IMG/VR virus record: IMGVR_UViG_3300022699_000302
Coordinates: 64,001-128,000 of that record
Source of the DNA: a virus
Length of the DNA: 64,000 bases
Direction: 5' to 3' (one strand)
In this document: positions 45,318-55,185 of the stretch, piece by piece
How the letters are laid out: each line of letters begins with the position of its first letter
Numbering within the stretch: the stretch's first letter is position 1
Notes under the pieces: generated by a model
What the model saw: only the letters and a program-made list of their open reading frames with translations
Told to the model about the DNA's origin: nothing
Database searches by the model: none
Made by a program: the position numbers and the translations under genes

Positions 45318-45529
45318 TGAGGCCAGAAACAGTTTTCCAACTAGTCAAGCACGGCCTTACCGCATTGAAGGTGCCGAAACCGGTAAGCCCTAAGCGCGTA
45401 TCGTCTGCTGTCCAGGATGTCCCATCGGTAACCGGCAATAAGACTACGGCGACCACTACTAAGTTGCAGACCACCAAGGGCTCACCGAAAAACCCCGGGA
45501 AGATGATCCTTCCTAAGGCGAACAAATAA
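45317..45529 (+). CDS. small basic protein
   Basis: 70 aa ORF in operon. Confidence 0.55.
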   Translation: MRPETVFQLVKHGLTALKVPKPVSPKRVSSAVQDVPSVTGNKTTATTTKLQTTKGSPKNPGKMILPKANK

Positions 45530-45542
45530 CCAGGAGAACAAG

Positions 45543-45854
45543 ATGAAAAAGTTGATGATTTTGACGATTGTGATGATTGCAGGCGTTAGCTTCACCGGTT
45601 GTAGCATGTGTCAAATCAACGAGGATTTGGCACAAGATGCTGTGGACACCTCGAAGCAGTCTCAAGCAGATATTGAGCTCGTAACTGGATGGTTAGACCA
45701 GACTCTGGAGGGGGACACCAGCTGGAATGAAGACGAGGACGGCCAGCCGATTTGGGAAGCTGAGCGCGACTCGATAAAGCTTAACTCGAAAGCCAATGTT
45801 GCGGCCTGCGAAGAGCTCCTGGCTAACGCTAAAGCTGCCAACAAAGACGACTAA
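45543..45854 (+). CDS. lipoprotein
   Basis: signal peptide with lipobox FTGC; AGGAG RBS. Confidence 0.75.
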   Translation: MKKLMILTIVMIAGVSFTGCSMCQINEDLAQDAVDTSKQSQADIELVTGWLDQTLEGDTSWNEDEDGQPIWEAERDSIKLNSKANVAACEELLANAKAANKDD

Positions 45855-45889
45855 TTGGTTGCATCGGATGCAGCCAACAAGGAGAAGTA

Positions 45890-46528
45890 ATGAGTGATCT
45901 CAAACCATTTGAAGACATCCTTGATAAGATTATCTCGGATGGTGAGGATGAGTTGAAGGACGCGGCCAAGGAAGTTCTTAAAATCGGTCGTGGTGCTTTC
46001 CAGGACTTCCTGAACGACATCAAGGATGACCTGACATCTGAGGATGCTAAGCGGTTGGCCGAACTCTATGCCGAGGCAGAGGCTAAGATTCTTGCCTACA
46101 ACTCGACCTCGGCTCGTCGTGTGATGAAGCGCCTCAATCTGATCTCGCGGACCTTTTACAACATCAATCGTAGTCAGAACGCAAAACGTGCCATCATCTC
46201 ATGGCGCCAAGCTCTCCGCATCCTGACCTCGCTGGTATCACGTCTTGGGTCTATCGGGGCGGAGGCGCTTAGCGGCCTTGCTGGTGAAGCCGTTAAGGCC
46301 GGATCTGATCTTGTCGACGAGGTCGCCGGCGAAGCCGAGAAAGCATTGTCTTCAAAGAAGACAAAAAAGGTCAAAAAGAAAAAGTCCCAGAAGAAAAAGA
46401 AGAAAAAGAAGAAGACCACTAGCACCACTACGAAGAAAATCGTCGAGGACGATGACGGAAAAGACGGTCCTATCACTGATGATCTGGTTATCGAGGACGA
46501 CGAGAGCGGTGACAAGGAGAGTAGCTAA
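45890..46528 (+). CDS. helical protein with poly-Lys tail
   Basis: 212 aa; KKTKKVKKKKSQKKKKKKKK. Confidence 0.7.
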   Translation: MSDLKPFEDILDKIISDGEDELKDAAKEVLKIGRGAFQDFLNDIKDDLTSEDAKRLAELYAEAEAKILAYNSTSARRVMKRLNLISRTFYNINRSQNAKRAIISWRQALRILTSLVSRLGSIGAEALSGLAGEAVKAGSDLVDEVAGEAEKALSSKKTKKVKKKKSQKKKKKKKKTTSTTTKKIVEDDDGKDGPITDDLVIEDDESGDKESS

Positions 46529-46878
46529 TGAGTTCTGAAAAACCATTCTACAAGTCGCTGAAGTTTTGGTACTCAGTTGGTGGTGTGTGCGCTGTTGTGG
46601 TCGGTCACTTCCTTGGACTATCGGTCTATGAATTGATGCTGATCGCCGGTATTGCTGTGTCTTTGGTTGGCGGCCAGGCTTCGTCGGACTTTAAGAAGCA
46701 CGCTACAGCCATCGAGAAAGAGGCTCGTGAGCGTGAGATGGTAATGTCTCTAATCACGAGTCAGACGGGAGATCCTGTTACCATGCAGGACCTGAGTCCT
46801 GAAACTGCGAAGAAGATTCGCGAGTTCGTCGATGAGCTCAAGGGGTTGAATACCGTAATTTCCGATGAGGAGGACTAG
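46528..46878 (+). CDS. putative holin
   Basis: KPFYKSLKFW followed by two TM helices and a charged tail. Confidence 0.55.
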   Translation: MSSEKPFYKSLKFWYSVGGVCAVVVGHFLGLSVYELMLIAGIAVSLVGGQASSDFKKHATAIEKEAREREMVMSLITSQTGDPVTMQDLSPETAKKIREFVDELKGLNTVISDEED

Positions 46879-46880
46879 AC

Positions 46881-47084
46881 ATGGCGTCCGGACGCTTCAG
46901 GCAAAAGAACTTGGCCGAGGTATACGGCTTACCTCCGATGACTCCCATTCCGAAGTGGTTACAGAAAGAGGAGATCGAGAAAGCCGCTGCTCTGATCCGT
47001 GATAATCCTGACATGTCCTTCGACGATGCAATTTGTTATGTTCTGAAGGAACAAGTCGGGAAGGCTAAACGTGTCTCTGCCTAG
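46881..47084 (+). CDS. hypothetical protein
   Basis: 67 aa, GAGGAGG RBS. Confidence 0.6.
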   Translation: MASGRFRQKNLAEVYGLPPMTPIPKWLQKEEIEKAAALIRDNPDMSFDDAICYVLKEQVGKAKRVSA

Positions 47085-49017
47085 CACAACAGCCCTACGA
47101 GAAGCACTCAATGCCGTTGTAGACCCCAGTACGGACTGCGACGGCATTGTTGGTCCCGCTTTGCGCGTGGTAGGTATTCTGTTTTCGATGGAAGCGTCAT
47201 CGTCTCGATCACAGAACGAGTTGGCCGAGTTCATTGACGACACTAAATCCTCGATTGAGAATCTTAGTGAGAATCAGGACCTGAGAGAGCAGCTGTTCGG
47301 AGAGTTTGAGAAGCTTAATGCTCTGGACGAGGCGTATTCGAACCAGTCGATCCAATCAATTTTAGGGAGTAGCGACCCGTACTCACAGGCCGGTGTCTCG
47401 CCAGACTCGCTTTTGGTGAATCAGCAGACCGGTGGATTCGGGCTATTCGATCAGTCCTCGCTAATCAACAACCAGTTTTCTGACTTTACGTTGACCGGGT
47501 CACAGATTGATGCCCCCTCTGGGGGTACCGACTGTTCTGATCTCCTGGCCGGATCGTTTGGTAGTCCGACAGCGGCGGAGCTACCTACGACTACACGATC
47601 GTTTCGACGGGCTGCTTCCAGTTTGGCCGGGATCGGCATGTCGATAACCCAGAATCCGGGTCGGTTGCTTAGTTCTTCCATTACCGCAATGTCGACTTTG
47701 TTGACTACGCTGGGGCAGCGAAGAGCGACACTCGAGAACTGCAAAACACAGATATCCAATATTCGTGACCTGCTCGAACAACTCGACAGCAACGACTATG
47801 TAGTTCGAGTGAACCAGGTCATAACAGGAGCCAAGGTATACGTCACACAAGCAATTGAAGCTATTGAGCAGATTGTAGATGAGCTCACAGCGTCTGGAGA
47901 TGTCAATGAAGACCGGAAAGACGAACTGAAAGAGTTTCTTCTCGAGGCTCGCCGAGAACTGGATACTCCGCCTGTCCCCGCTGCAAACAACTTCTTTGTC
48001 TATCAAGCAGTATCTGCTCTTTTGGTGGTCCTGAACCAACTTGTCGAGTACCTGAAAAACCAGAACAATGCTGCAGTGCCGGTTATAACGAATCTAACGG
48101 AATTCCGTGCGTCCCTTGAGTCAAACATTACTGTCTCAAATCATTTCGGGTCGATGTTCTCGATTCTTCGGTGCCGGCTGCAAAAGCTTTCTGCTCAGAT
48201 GACGAGAGTTATTCAGAAGAGCAACCCCGTCATTGCGCATCTCAAGATGCAGGAGTGGAGGATTCTTCTGGAAGTTTATCGCAAGATGGTTGATCTAGCT
48301 GCGAAAGATCCGGCACCCCAGCTGGTTGGAGAATTTACTTCTTCATTCGGGGAGTCCCTTGGCGAATTCGAGGACAGTCTCTCCAGCCTAGCACCTGATT
48401 TTTCAGAAGAAGAGATTGACCAATCTCCCAGCAAGATCCGGGCTTTTATGGACGCGGCTCAGACAAAGCTAAAGACGGATCTGGATCAGTCAGTCATTGA
48501 CGCTTTAGCTGGAGATGCGATCGAGCAGATCGATAAGGACTTGGAAAATAGCACGATTATCGAGAACTTGATGGACGAGTTTATCGACAGTAATCCATCC
48601 CAACAGAAGGCTGCTGAAGCACTTAGTGTCGTTCTCGCATCTTCTGTTGAGCTCTTCCCTCTGTCTGACGCGTTGAGCCAGGGAGACTGGAAACAGTTTT
48701 TCACAGCAGATCCCCAAGACTTGGCGATTGAAGCTGTGACTGCTCGTCTGCTCGAGGCAGCGGCGAATTGTCGATGTGGTAGCCAGACGGATGCTGCAGC
48801 ACAGTCTGTGGCTCGCCGGCTTCGTCGAGAGGCCGATCGCCGCATCCAACAGGACCGGCTGAATCAACTTGATGAGCGGTATGTCTCCTCAACGAGCTCG
48901 GAAGTCACGAGGAGCGCTATACTGGAAATACGGGTGTTGAAGCAGAGATTGAGGTCTTTGCGAGCCCTGTTCCAGTCACCATGTTTTGGTGTGACGGAAC
49001 AAGTAACGCTTTTCTAG
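47071..49017 (+). CDS. large helical virion-associated protein
   Basis: 648 aa ORF upstream of the baseplate genes. Confidence 0.7.
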   Translation: MSLPSTTALREALNAVVDPSTDCDGIVGPALRVVGILFSMEASSSRSQNELAEFIDDTKSSIENLSENQDLREQLFGEFEKLNALDEAYSNQSIQSILGSSDPYSQAGVSPDSLLVNQQTGGFGLFDQSSLINNQFSDFTLTGSQIDAPSGGTDCSDLLAGSFGSPTAAELPTTTRSFRRAASSLAGIGMSITQNPGRLLSSSITAMSTLLTTLGQRRATLENCKTQISNIRDLLEQLDSNDYVVRVNQVITGAKVYVTQAIEAIEQIVDELTASGDVNEDRKDELKEFLLEARRELDTPPVPAANNFFVYQAVSALLVVLNQLVEYLKNQNNAAVPVITNLTEFRASLESNITVSNHFGSMFSILRCRLQKLSAQMTRVIQKSNPVIAHLKMQEWRILLEVYRKMVDLAAKDPAPQLVGEFTSSFGESLGEFEDSLSSLAPDFSEEEIDQSPSKIRAFMDAAQTKLKTDLDQSVIDALAGDAIEQIDKDLENSTIIENLMDEFIDSNPSQQKAAEALSVVLASSVELFPLSDALSQGDWKQFFTADPQDLAIEAVTARLLEAAANCRCGSQTDAAAQSVARRLRREADRRIQQDRLNQLDERYVSSTSSEVTRSAILEIRVLKQRLRSLRALFQSPCFGVTEQVTLF

Positions 49018-49024
49018 GTGCGTC

Positions 49025-49471
49025 ATGGCGTTTGACCTGCGCATTGTTAATCCCGCTAAAAGCGGGGACCCGCTGGAAGTTGGTCCCCGGGACGGGATTC
49101 TTTTGCCTCAGTTGATTGCTGATTGTGCGGCGCGTTTGGTAGAGGGAACCGAGAAGCTAGTCCAGCAGATAACACTAGAGATTCTCAATGATCCCCTTCC
49201 CGACGGAACAGGGTCTGGCCTCGCATCCGCCCTAAAAGCCGCACCTCCGGATGAAAGTGAGGCACGTCGTATCGCATCTGCAGGTGTTCGCCGGGTCAAG
49301 TCGAATATCTTAGCTCAGCAGCAAAACCTGCAGAATGGGGTCGATGAATCTGAGTTGTTACTAGATCTGCGTCTTCTCAGCTTTTCTATTAGCAGTAACT
49401 CGTTTGATCTCCGATTGGAGGTGGTGACGGTAGATGGGCGTGTGACGACTGAGATCGTCGAGGTAACGTAA
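49025..49471 (+). CDS. baseplate wedge protein (gp25/GPW-like)
   Basis: GTEKLVQQITLEIL..P...G.GL...ELLLDLRLLS; position before baseplate J. Confidence 0.6.
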   Translation: MAFDLRIVNPAKSGDPLEVGPRDGILLPQLIADCAARLVEGTEKLVQQITLEILNDPLPDGTGSGLASALKAAPPDESEARRIASAGVRRVKSNILAQQQNLQNGVDESELLLDLRLLSFSISSNSFDLRLEVVTVDGRVTTEIVEVT

Positions 49472-49719
49472 TGAGCTTCATCGATCAAGCAGTTGAGAAG
49501 CTTAGCGAGATACTCGGCGATCGAATCTCAGATCGTGACAACTTTGGTACTGGTGATTTATCTGCGTATGAATCAAAGAGTTATATCGGTATGCTCACTC
49601 CGTCGAGTGGTCCCCGGGAAAAGCTAGAAGAGATGTTGGCTCGTCACAAACGAATGAAGCCTTCAGGTGAGCGTGATCCCGCGACCACTTATGAGAACTT
49701 GAAGGATGAGGAAGAGTAA
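49471..49719 (+). CDS. hypothetical protein
   Basis: 82 aa in operon. Confidence 0.6.
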   Translation: MSFIDQAVEKLSEILGDRISDRDNFGTGDLSAYESKSYIGMLTPSSGPREKLEEMLARHKRMKPSGERDPATTYENLKDEEE

Positions 49720-49891
49720 GAGATGGCTGTCACGGGTTCTATGTTTTTTAGGATTCCATGTCTGGCTATACCAGCAATTCAATACGATGAGCTGTGTAGA
49801 ATGCGGAGCTATAGCTAGATTGAACTACTTCGGTGAAATAGTATCTGTCAGGCCGAAGAGAAGAGGTCAGGATGAGCGAGAAGACATCTAG
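49706..49891 (+). CDS. small Cys/His protein
   Basis: LCFLGFHVW...CVECG. Confidence 0.5.
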   Translation: MRKSKRWLSRVLCFLGFHVWLYQQFNTMSCVECGAIARLNYFGEIVSVRPKRRGQDEREDI

Positions 49892-50444
49892 GAGTATCCC
49901 TCCTCACGTCGAAAAGATGATCGAGGAGCTTCAGGGAGGCCCGCAGGTTCAGCAGCACAAAGGGCTTCCGATGGGGGCACTGCGTCAGCTCCTGCGTATT
50001 CTCGGAATTCCTCTTGATCAGTTCCTGGACGATAACGGCAAGTCTCCGCATGACGAAGGTGATGAGACCACAATGAGCGATACAGCCCCAGAAGACCCTT
50101 ATTACCCCGTGTCCAGCGGGAATGACGAACAGTATTCAGCCACAGGTATTGATCCTCTTGCCAAGGGAGCGTCTGAGTACAAGCTCGAGCCTAAGAAGCC
50201 GAAAGGTAAGAAAGCGGAACCGGTGGCTCCCAGCAGCCTGTTGAAGAACGCAGACCAAATTCTTTTATCCCATTTCTTCGGCGGCGTTCTCGATGGCTTT
50301 TCGAAACACGGCTGGTACCCTGAAGTGGATCCGAACTTCCTTTTTGACTCTCTGGTCAATCACGCCGATGATGCAGTGGGATGCACGGAGAAAGAGATAC
50401 AGGAAGTCAAAATCGCCTTTGTGAAGAGTTGGAATCAGGAGTAA
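49872..50444 (+). CDS. hypothetical protein
   Basis: 190 aa ORF. Confidence 0.65.
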   Translation: MSEKTSRSIPPHVEKMIEELQGGPQVQQHKGLPMGALRQLLRILGIPLDQFLDDNGKSPHDEGDETTMSDTAPEDPYYPVSSGNDEQYSATGIDPLAKGASEYKLEPKKPKGKKAEPVAPSSLLKNADQILLSHFFGGVLDGFSKHGWYPEVDPNFLFDSLVNHADDAVGCTEKEIQEVKIAFVKSWNQE

Positions 50445-50447
50445 TGA

Positions 50448-52490
50448 ATGGCTGAGCTTCAAGTCTTTGAAGATCGGTTCAACCTCCCGATTGCGCCGTT
50501 CATTACGCAGATCCTGCGTGAGCGATTTCCTGATCTAGACTTCAGGAAAGGATCTGCTCTGTACCGTGCTGTGGTTGTTCCGGTTTCGGTGATCTTTCAG
50601 CCGTTCCGGGATCGGCTCTCGATTCTGCGGCGTAACCAGTCTCTTCGCTTCTATCAGTACATGCGACCGAGTGAGCTCGACAAGCTCGTCGCCAACTTCT
50701 TTATTTCTCGCCAACCGGCTTCCACAGCAGGAGGTACGGCGAGGGTTTATTTCGCTCAGCCCGACAATCGTACGGTTCCTGGTAATGCGGTATTTTCAAC
50801 AGCAGACGGACTGCAGTTCCGTCCGGTTACTGCGATCGCAGTGACCTCGGCAGAGATGAGCCTGAACCAGGAAGATGGGCTGTTCTTCGTAGATATCCCG
50901 GTCGTCGCTTTGGCTCCCGGCGAAGACTACGAGATTGAGGCGGAGTCTTTATCGACGGTCTCTAATGTTCCCAACGCGATTCGAGTAACAAATCGAGCAG
51001 CTTTTACCGGCGGTAGGGATGAAGAGAGTAATGTTGCTCTGGTCAATCGTACTAAAGACAGCCTGGCTACTCGTACGATCACCAGCCGCAATGCTATTAT
51101 CGCCACGCTGAATGAGAATTTCCCTGGTGTGATCATCTCTCAGGAGGTCATTGGCTACGGCGATTCCGAGATGACCCGAGACACCATCAAAGCTTTTGCC
51201 AGTTATGACGAGCTCTTTGGCACCTCGTATTGCCGGAAATTCAATGTCGCCTATGATCCCGAGACTCGTCAGATCTATACCGGGTCAGGCGCCCCTCCCT
51301 CTGGATATGTTCAGCGAGGGGCCGTTGTCGATGTGTCGAACTCATACGGAGAGCCCACTCCGAGCGGAGGAGAGCCTTATTTCTGGTACGAATTAGAAGT
51401 AGAGAGGGACGGCGAGATTGTCGTGCTGACAATTCAGCGCGGGGACACGATCAAACTTGTAACCGGCGATGCTGACGAAGGTCAGTACATCATTGATGAC
51501 ATCATCTACTCCGAGCCGTTCTCTACGGTGACCCCTCCGCCGGCCCCCGACCGTAATGAGGCAACTCACATCTTGATCCTCGGTGAATCTCTGACCGCAC
51601 CGCAAGGTCCTGGTGCCTTTGATCCCAGCCCCGGTAATGACGATCTAACCGAGTATTCCTATACGATTCAGACCGGCGTTCGGACTAGTGAGTTCCACAT
51701 CGGAGGTAAAGCTGATGTGTACATCCATACCACAGGAGTACTAGAAGACGAGATTTTGATCAGCGAGCTCTATGTCGATCCTAATGCGTTGGCGCCTAAT
51801 TTTTTCGACATTCCGGTGAGCTCGACACCGATCGATGTTCCGGTCGGGCCTCCTGGTGTGGCCCTCTACGAGAATGGTAAAGCGTTTTTGCTGCCGGTGA
51901 TCAATATCGTCAGGATCGAGCAGGTCGACCCATCTAATTCGGATCTGATCGTCAAGACGCTGGAACCCGAGACCGAGTACAAGTTGATCTACAACGATGT
52001 CGACTCGAGGTTTACTCCTAACGAGGACGCATTCATCCGCTTCATCGACAGCGACCCCGCAGGAGCTAATTTCGCTAATGCTCGTATGCGGGTGGTCTAT
52101 CAAACCAACACAGACATCGAGACTCTACAAGAATTCGTGAATCAGTCAGTGATCAAGGACACAACCAAAGACGTCCTGATTAGAGCGGCTCAGCAGGTTC
52201 AGCTCGACATTGAGTTGGCCTTTAGAGGGGACGCTACTCAGACAGCTGCTACTCGAGTCCTTGAGAATTACATCGAAGGGATCCCGCAAGGCGGTGAGGC
52301 CAACGTTAACGATATCGTTGCCGTCATGAATCTTTTCGGCGTAAATGATATTGAAATGCCCGTTACTTTGCGTAAGACTGTGTTCAATGCCGATGGTTCA
52401 ATCTCTACCGAGGAATCGACTGATCGACTCGAGGTCAATGAACTTCAGCGATTCATCCCGGTAGATGAGTTGTCGGTTACCAAACTCTAA
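50448..52490 (+). CDS. baseplate J-like wedge protein
   Basis: AGGTARVYF, FRPVT..., VTNRAAFTGGRDEESN..LV.R. Confidence 0.85.
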   Translation: MAELQVFEDRFNLPIAPFITQILRERFPDLDFRKGSALYRAVVVPVSVIFQPFRDRLSILRRNQSLRFYQYMRPSELDKLVANFFISRQPASTAGGTARVYFAQPDNRTVPGNAVFSTADGLQFRPVTAIAVTSAEMSLNQEDGLFFVDIPVVALAPGEDYEIEAESLSTVSNVPNAIRVTNRAAFTGGRDEESNVALVNRTKDSLATRTITSRNAIIATLNENFPGVIISQEVIGYGDSEMTRDTIKAFASYDELFGTSYCRKFNVAYDPETRQIYTGSGAPPSGYVQRGAVVDVSNSYGEPTPSGGEPYFWYELEVERDGEIVVLTIQRGDTIKLVTGDADEGQYIIDDIIYSEPFSTVTPPPAPDRNEATHILILGESLTAPQGPGAFDPSPGNDDLTEYSYTIQTGVRTSEFHIGGKADVYIHTTGVLEDEILISELYVDPNALAPNFFDIPVSSTPIDVPVGPPGVALYENGKAFLLPVINIVRIEQVDPSNSDLIVKTLEPETEYKLIYNDVDSRFTPNEDAFIRFIDSDPAGANFANARMRVVYQTNTDIETLQEFVNQSVIKDTTKDVLIRAAQQVQLDIELAFRGDATQTAATRVLENYIEGIPQGGEANVNDIVAVMNLFGVNDIEMPVTLRKTVFNADGSISTEESTDRLEVNELQRFIPVDELSVTKL

Positions 52491-52499
52491 GGAGAATGC

Positions 52500-53231
52500 A
52501 TGTCGAAGTCTTACGCACAGGATTACACAGACGGGGGAGCCGCCAAGTCGTCAAACAAGAAGTCACGAAAGGATCTTCTTCCTTCCTACGTCAACGGAGG
52601 AGGGAAGTATGGGTCTGCTGAAGAGGAGCAGGCACCAGCTCGTTTCAAATCGATGGCGGAACAGACCGGAACCGATTCACCCTGGGAGAAGGACGTCGCT
52701 TACGACTCCGGGGCTGAGCAAGTCCCGTCCGAGCTTCCTAATGCTCACCTCGGCGAGAAGGAAGGCGAGATCCAGCCTCCGGGCTGGCAGCCCTATTCGT
52801 TCCTTCGCCAGAAGATCGAGGAGTTTCTCAACAATCCCAAGATCGAGCAGTTCGCCCAGATCAATCGACGAATTCATTTTGAGCAAACTGATATCCCGTC
52901 GATTCGTATTGCGGAAGCCAAGGCAGCTTTCGTCAAGCCTGACATCATTTTTGGCACAGAGATGGAGAAATCTCAGACGAAGATGATTATTAAGTTTGCC
53001 AAACCGTCCCCCGACACTACGCTGGAAGGTTTGGAGCGTATCCTTCAGACTCTTTTCAATTGGGACAAGGGGCGCGAGAAAGAGCCGGAGAACAGCTCAA
53101 CTTTCAACACGAAGAGAGAGAAGGGGATGGGGAATAACGCTCCGCCGGTTGATCCCCTGAACTATCAGCAACATCTCTATGTATTCGGGGCATTTGACAG
53201 ACCGGGTGAGGTTGTGGTAGCCTTCTCGTAG
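52500..53231 (+). CDS. hypothetical protein
   Basis: 243 aa, AGGAG RBS. Confidence 0.7.
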   Translation: MSKSYAQDYTDGGAAKSSNKKSRKDLLPSYVNGGGKYGSAEEEQAPARFKSMAEQTGTDSPWEKDVAYDSGAEQVPSELPNAHLGEKEGEIQPPGWQPYSFLRQKIEEFLNNPKIEQFAQINRRIHFEQTDIPSIRIAEAKAAFVKPDIIFGTEMEKSQTKMIIKFAKPSPDTTLEGLERILQTLFNWDKGREKEPENSSTFNTKREKGMGNNAPPVDPLNYQQHLYVFGAFDRPGEVVVAFS

Positions 53232-53301
53232 TATGCAGGTGCAGTTCTGTTCTTTGCCATGAGGGGGTCCCACGGGACCCCCTTCCTCGTATAATGATCG
53301 C

Positions 53302-55185
53302 ATGCCGAGACGTGGTCACATCGTTACTCCCGCCCAAGGCTGGTACTACCCCGAAGGGTATGAGGGGTCGTTAACTGGAGTTCTTCCCGAGCGACTCCAG
53401 GAAGTTGGGCCTTGCGGTCGGGGCGTTACTCCGCTTTCTCCTAATGACTTCAGTCCGGAATCCTTGATCCAGGTAATGGGTACGTTCTTCCGTGATCTGC
53501 CTCAAGCAGATGAAGAGGTTCTGCGCTCGTTACTCGAATCAATGATTCACGGGGCTACGCATGAGTACGTCCAGTTCGATCAGATCAATGATTCGAAAGA
53601 CGTGAACACTGTTCCTACTTTTGTTAGGAAGTTGTGGCTTCAGCGCGATCTGACTGATGGTAGGTATCTCGGAACACCGCACGCCCACCTCGATTTCGAG
53701 TATATAGCAGCTGGTGGCGAAACCTCGGTTGCGCTTCCGGCCGGCCAGTATCTTGCCGAAGGCTTCTATTTGCTTTATCTCGATCGTATCGGAGTCGATC
53801 CGGAAGCATCTGGAATTACCGTCGGCCAAGGAGCATTTAGCTCCGAGATTCAATTCACCACGCCTCTGGCCCCGAACACTGTCGTACGGCTACACTCGTT
53901 GAAACGAGGCACGCAGCCTTCGTTTACCGCGAGTGGGAATGACACTGTATTCAATTTTTCGCCGGCGGTGGATGTCGTTTCAGCTAAAGTCTTCATCAAC
54001 AACATCAATCTCGAAGAAGGCGTGGGCTGGGTTCTCAGAAGTCGTGAATTGGTGTTCACTGGAGGGTTAATAGGTAATGAGGTCATACGGGTGCAAGTCG
54101 GGGATCAGGTCCATACCGTATTGGGCACGGCGGGGCAAACCCGCGTCGCGTTGCCGTTCACTGTTGAAGATCCAGAGGCAGCGATTGTCACGATGGACAG
54201 GATCGACCTCCGGACAGGATGGGTCCTCGAACCGACAAGGCTAATTTTCTCAAACCCTCTCAGGAGCGGGTATACCGTTAGGGTTGAGGGGCCAGTGGTA
54301 GCCGCACACAACCATCAGTCCTACTCCGAAGAGACAACCGCCCTGAAACATACATTCGAGCTCCCCTCAGGGTTCGAGTTCGATATCAATGATGATAAGA
54401 CCTATAACACTGAACGCCCGATCTACATCTGGGTGGACCGTCAGCTCTTACAGACATCCGAGTACACATTTTTGTCTCGGTCCAAGGTCAAACTGAATGC
54501 GCCAATCCCTGCCAACAGTTTATTCGAGGCGAAGTGGGTTACCCGGAGTGATAGCGCACTGCACGGTCACCCGAATCTTCGAGAGACTCTTTCGGGGTCG
54601 AAGAACACCTTCAACCCCCCTGAAGAGATTCAGACCGATCGACCCGAGTATGTAGAGGTCGACGGCCTTCTAATGACTGAAGGTCTCGACTATGTCGTGA
54701 CTGGAGCCGGCACTGCAATCAAGTTTACGTCGAATCTCGGTGCTACCTCGAAGGTAGTGATCTACGGTCAAGCCAACTCGTACCTCTGGGAATTCGACTC
54801 GAACACAGGATCGCCCTGGGACTACGAGATCGTTGATATGGAGACGATCCAGAACGGCATCGATCATCCCAGCTTCGTGGCAGAGAAAGATGTCGACTGG
54901 TCGATCCCGGAACGAGGCATTCTTCGTACCAACTTCTTAATCCAGGATGGTTGGCTGAAAAATGCCGATGTTGATGAGGAGACGGCTTACAACAACTTCG
55001 GCATCCTTCTGGATTTCCAGGAAGATACCACTGCTGAATACGTAGCCCTTGTGCGGGCTTTGATGGCCGCGTATCTTGCTGGACCGAAATATTTCGTCAA
55101 AGAGAACTTCGCCCGTATTGTGCTGGGATCACCTTTTTCGGCAAAACCCGGCAAAGTCAAGTCGATTGAACTGGTGACCACCTAA
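53302..55185 (+). CDS. putative baseplate/tail structural protein
   Basis: 627 aa; repeated beta modules such as VEVDGLLMTEGLDYVV. Confidence 0.7.
   Translation: MPRRGHIVTPAQGWYYPEGYEGSLTGVLPERLQEVGPCGRGVTPLSPNDFSPESLIQVMGTFFRDLPQADEEVLRSLLESMIHGATHEYVQFDQINDSKDVNTVPTFVRKLWLQRDLTDGRYLGTPHAHLDFEYIAAGGETSVALPAGQYLAEGFYLLYLDRIGVDPEASGITVGQGAFSSEIQFTTPLAPNTVVRLHSLKRGTQPSFTASGNDTVFNFSPAVDVVSAKVFINNINLEEGVGWVLRSRELVFTGGLIGNEVIRVQVGDQVHTVLGTAGQTRVALPFTVEDPEAAIVTMDRIDLRTGWVLEPTRLIFSNPLRSGYTVRVEGPVVAAHNHQSYSEETTALKHTFELPSGFEFDINDDKTYNTERPIYIWVDRQLLQTSEYTFLSRSKVKLNAPIPANSLFEAKWVTRSDSALHGHPNLRETLSGSKNTFNPPEEIQTDRPEYVEVDGLLMTEGLDYVVTGAGTAIKFTSNLGATSKVVIYGQANSYLWEFDSNTGSPWDYEIVDMETIQNGIDHPSFVAEKDVDWSIPERGILRTNFLIQDGWLKNADVDEETAYNNFGILLDFQEDTTAEYVALVRALMAAYLAGPKYFVKENFARIVLGSPFSAKPGKVKSIELVTT

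Noticed and set aside
46362-46432. A-rich tract as a DNA-level repeat or slippage site
   Set aside because: It is explained by the in-frame poly-Lys coding of 45890..46528.
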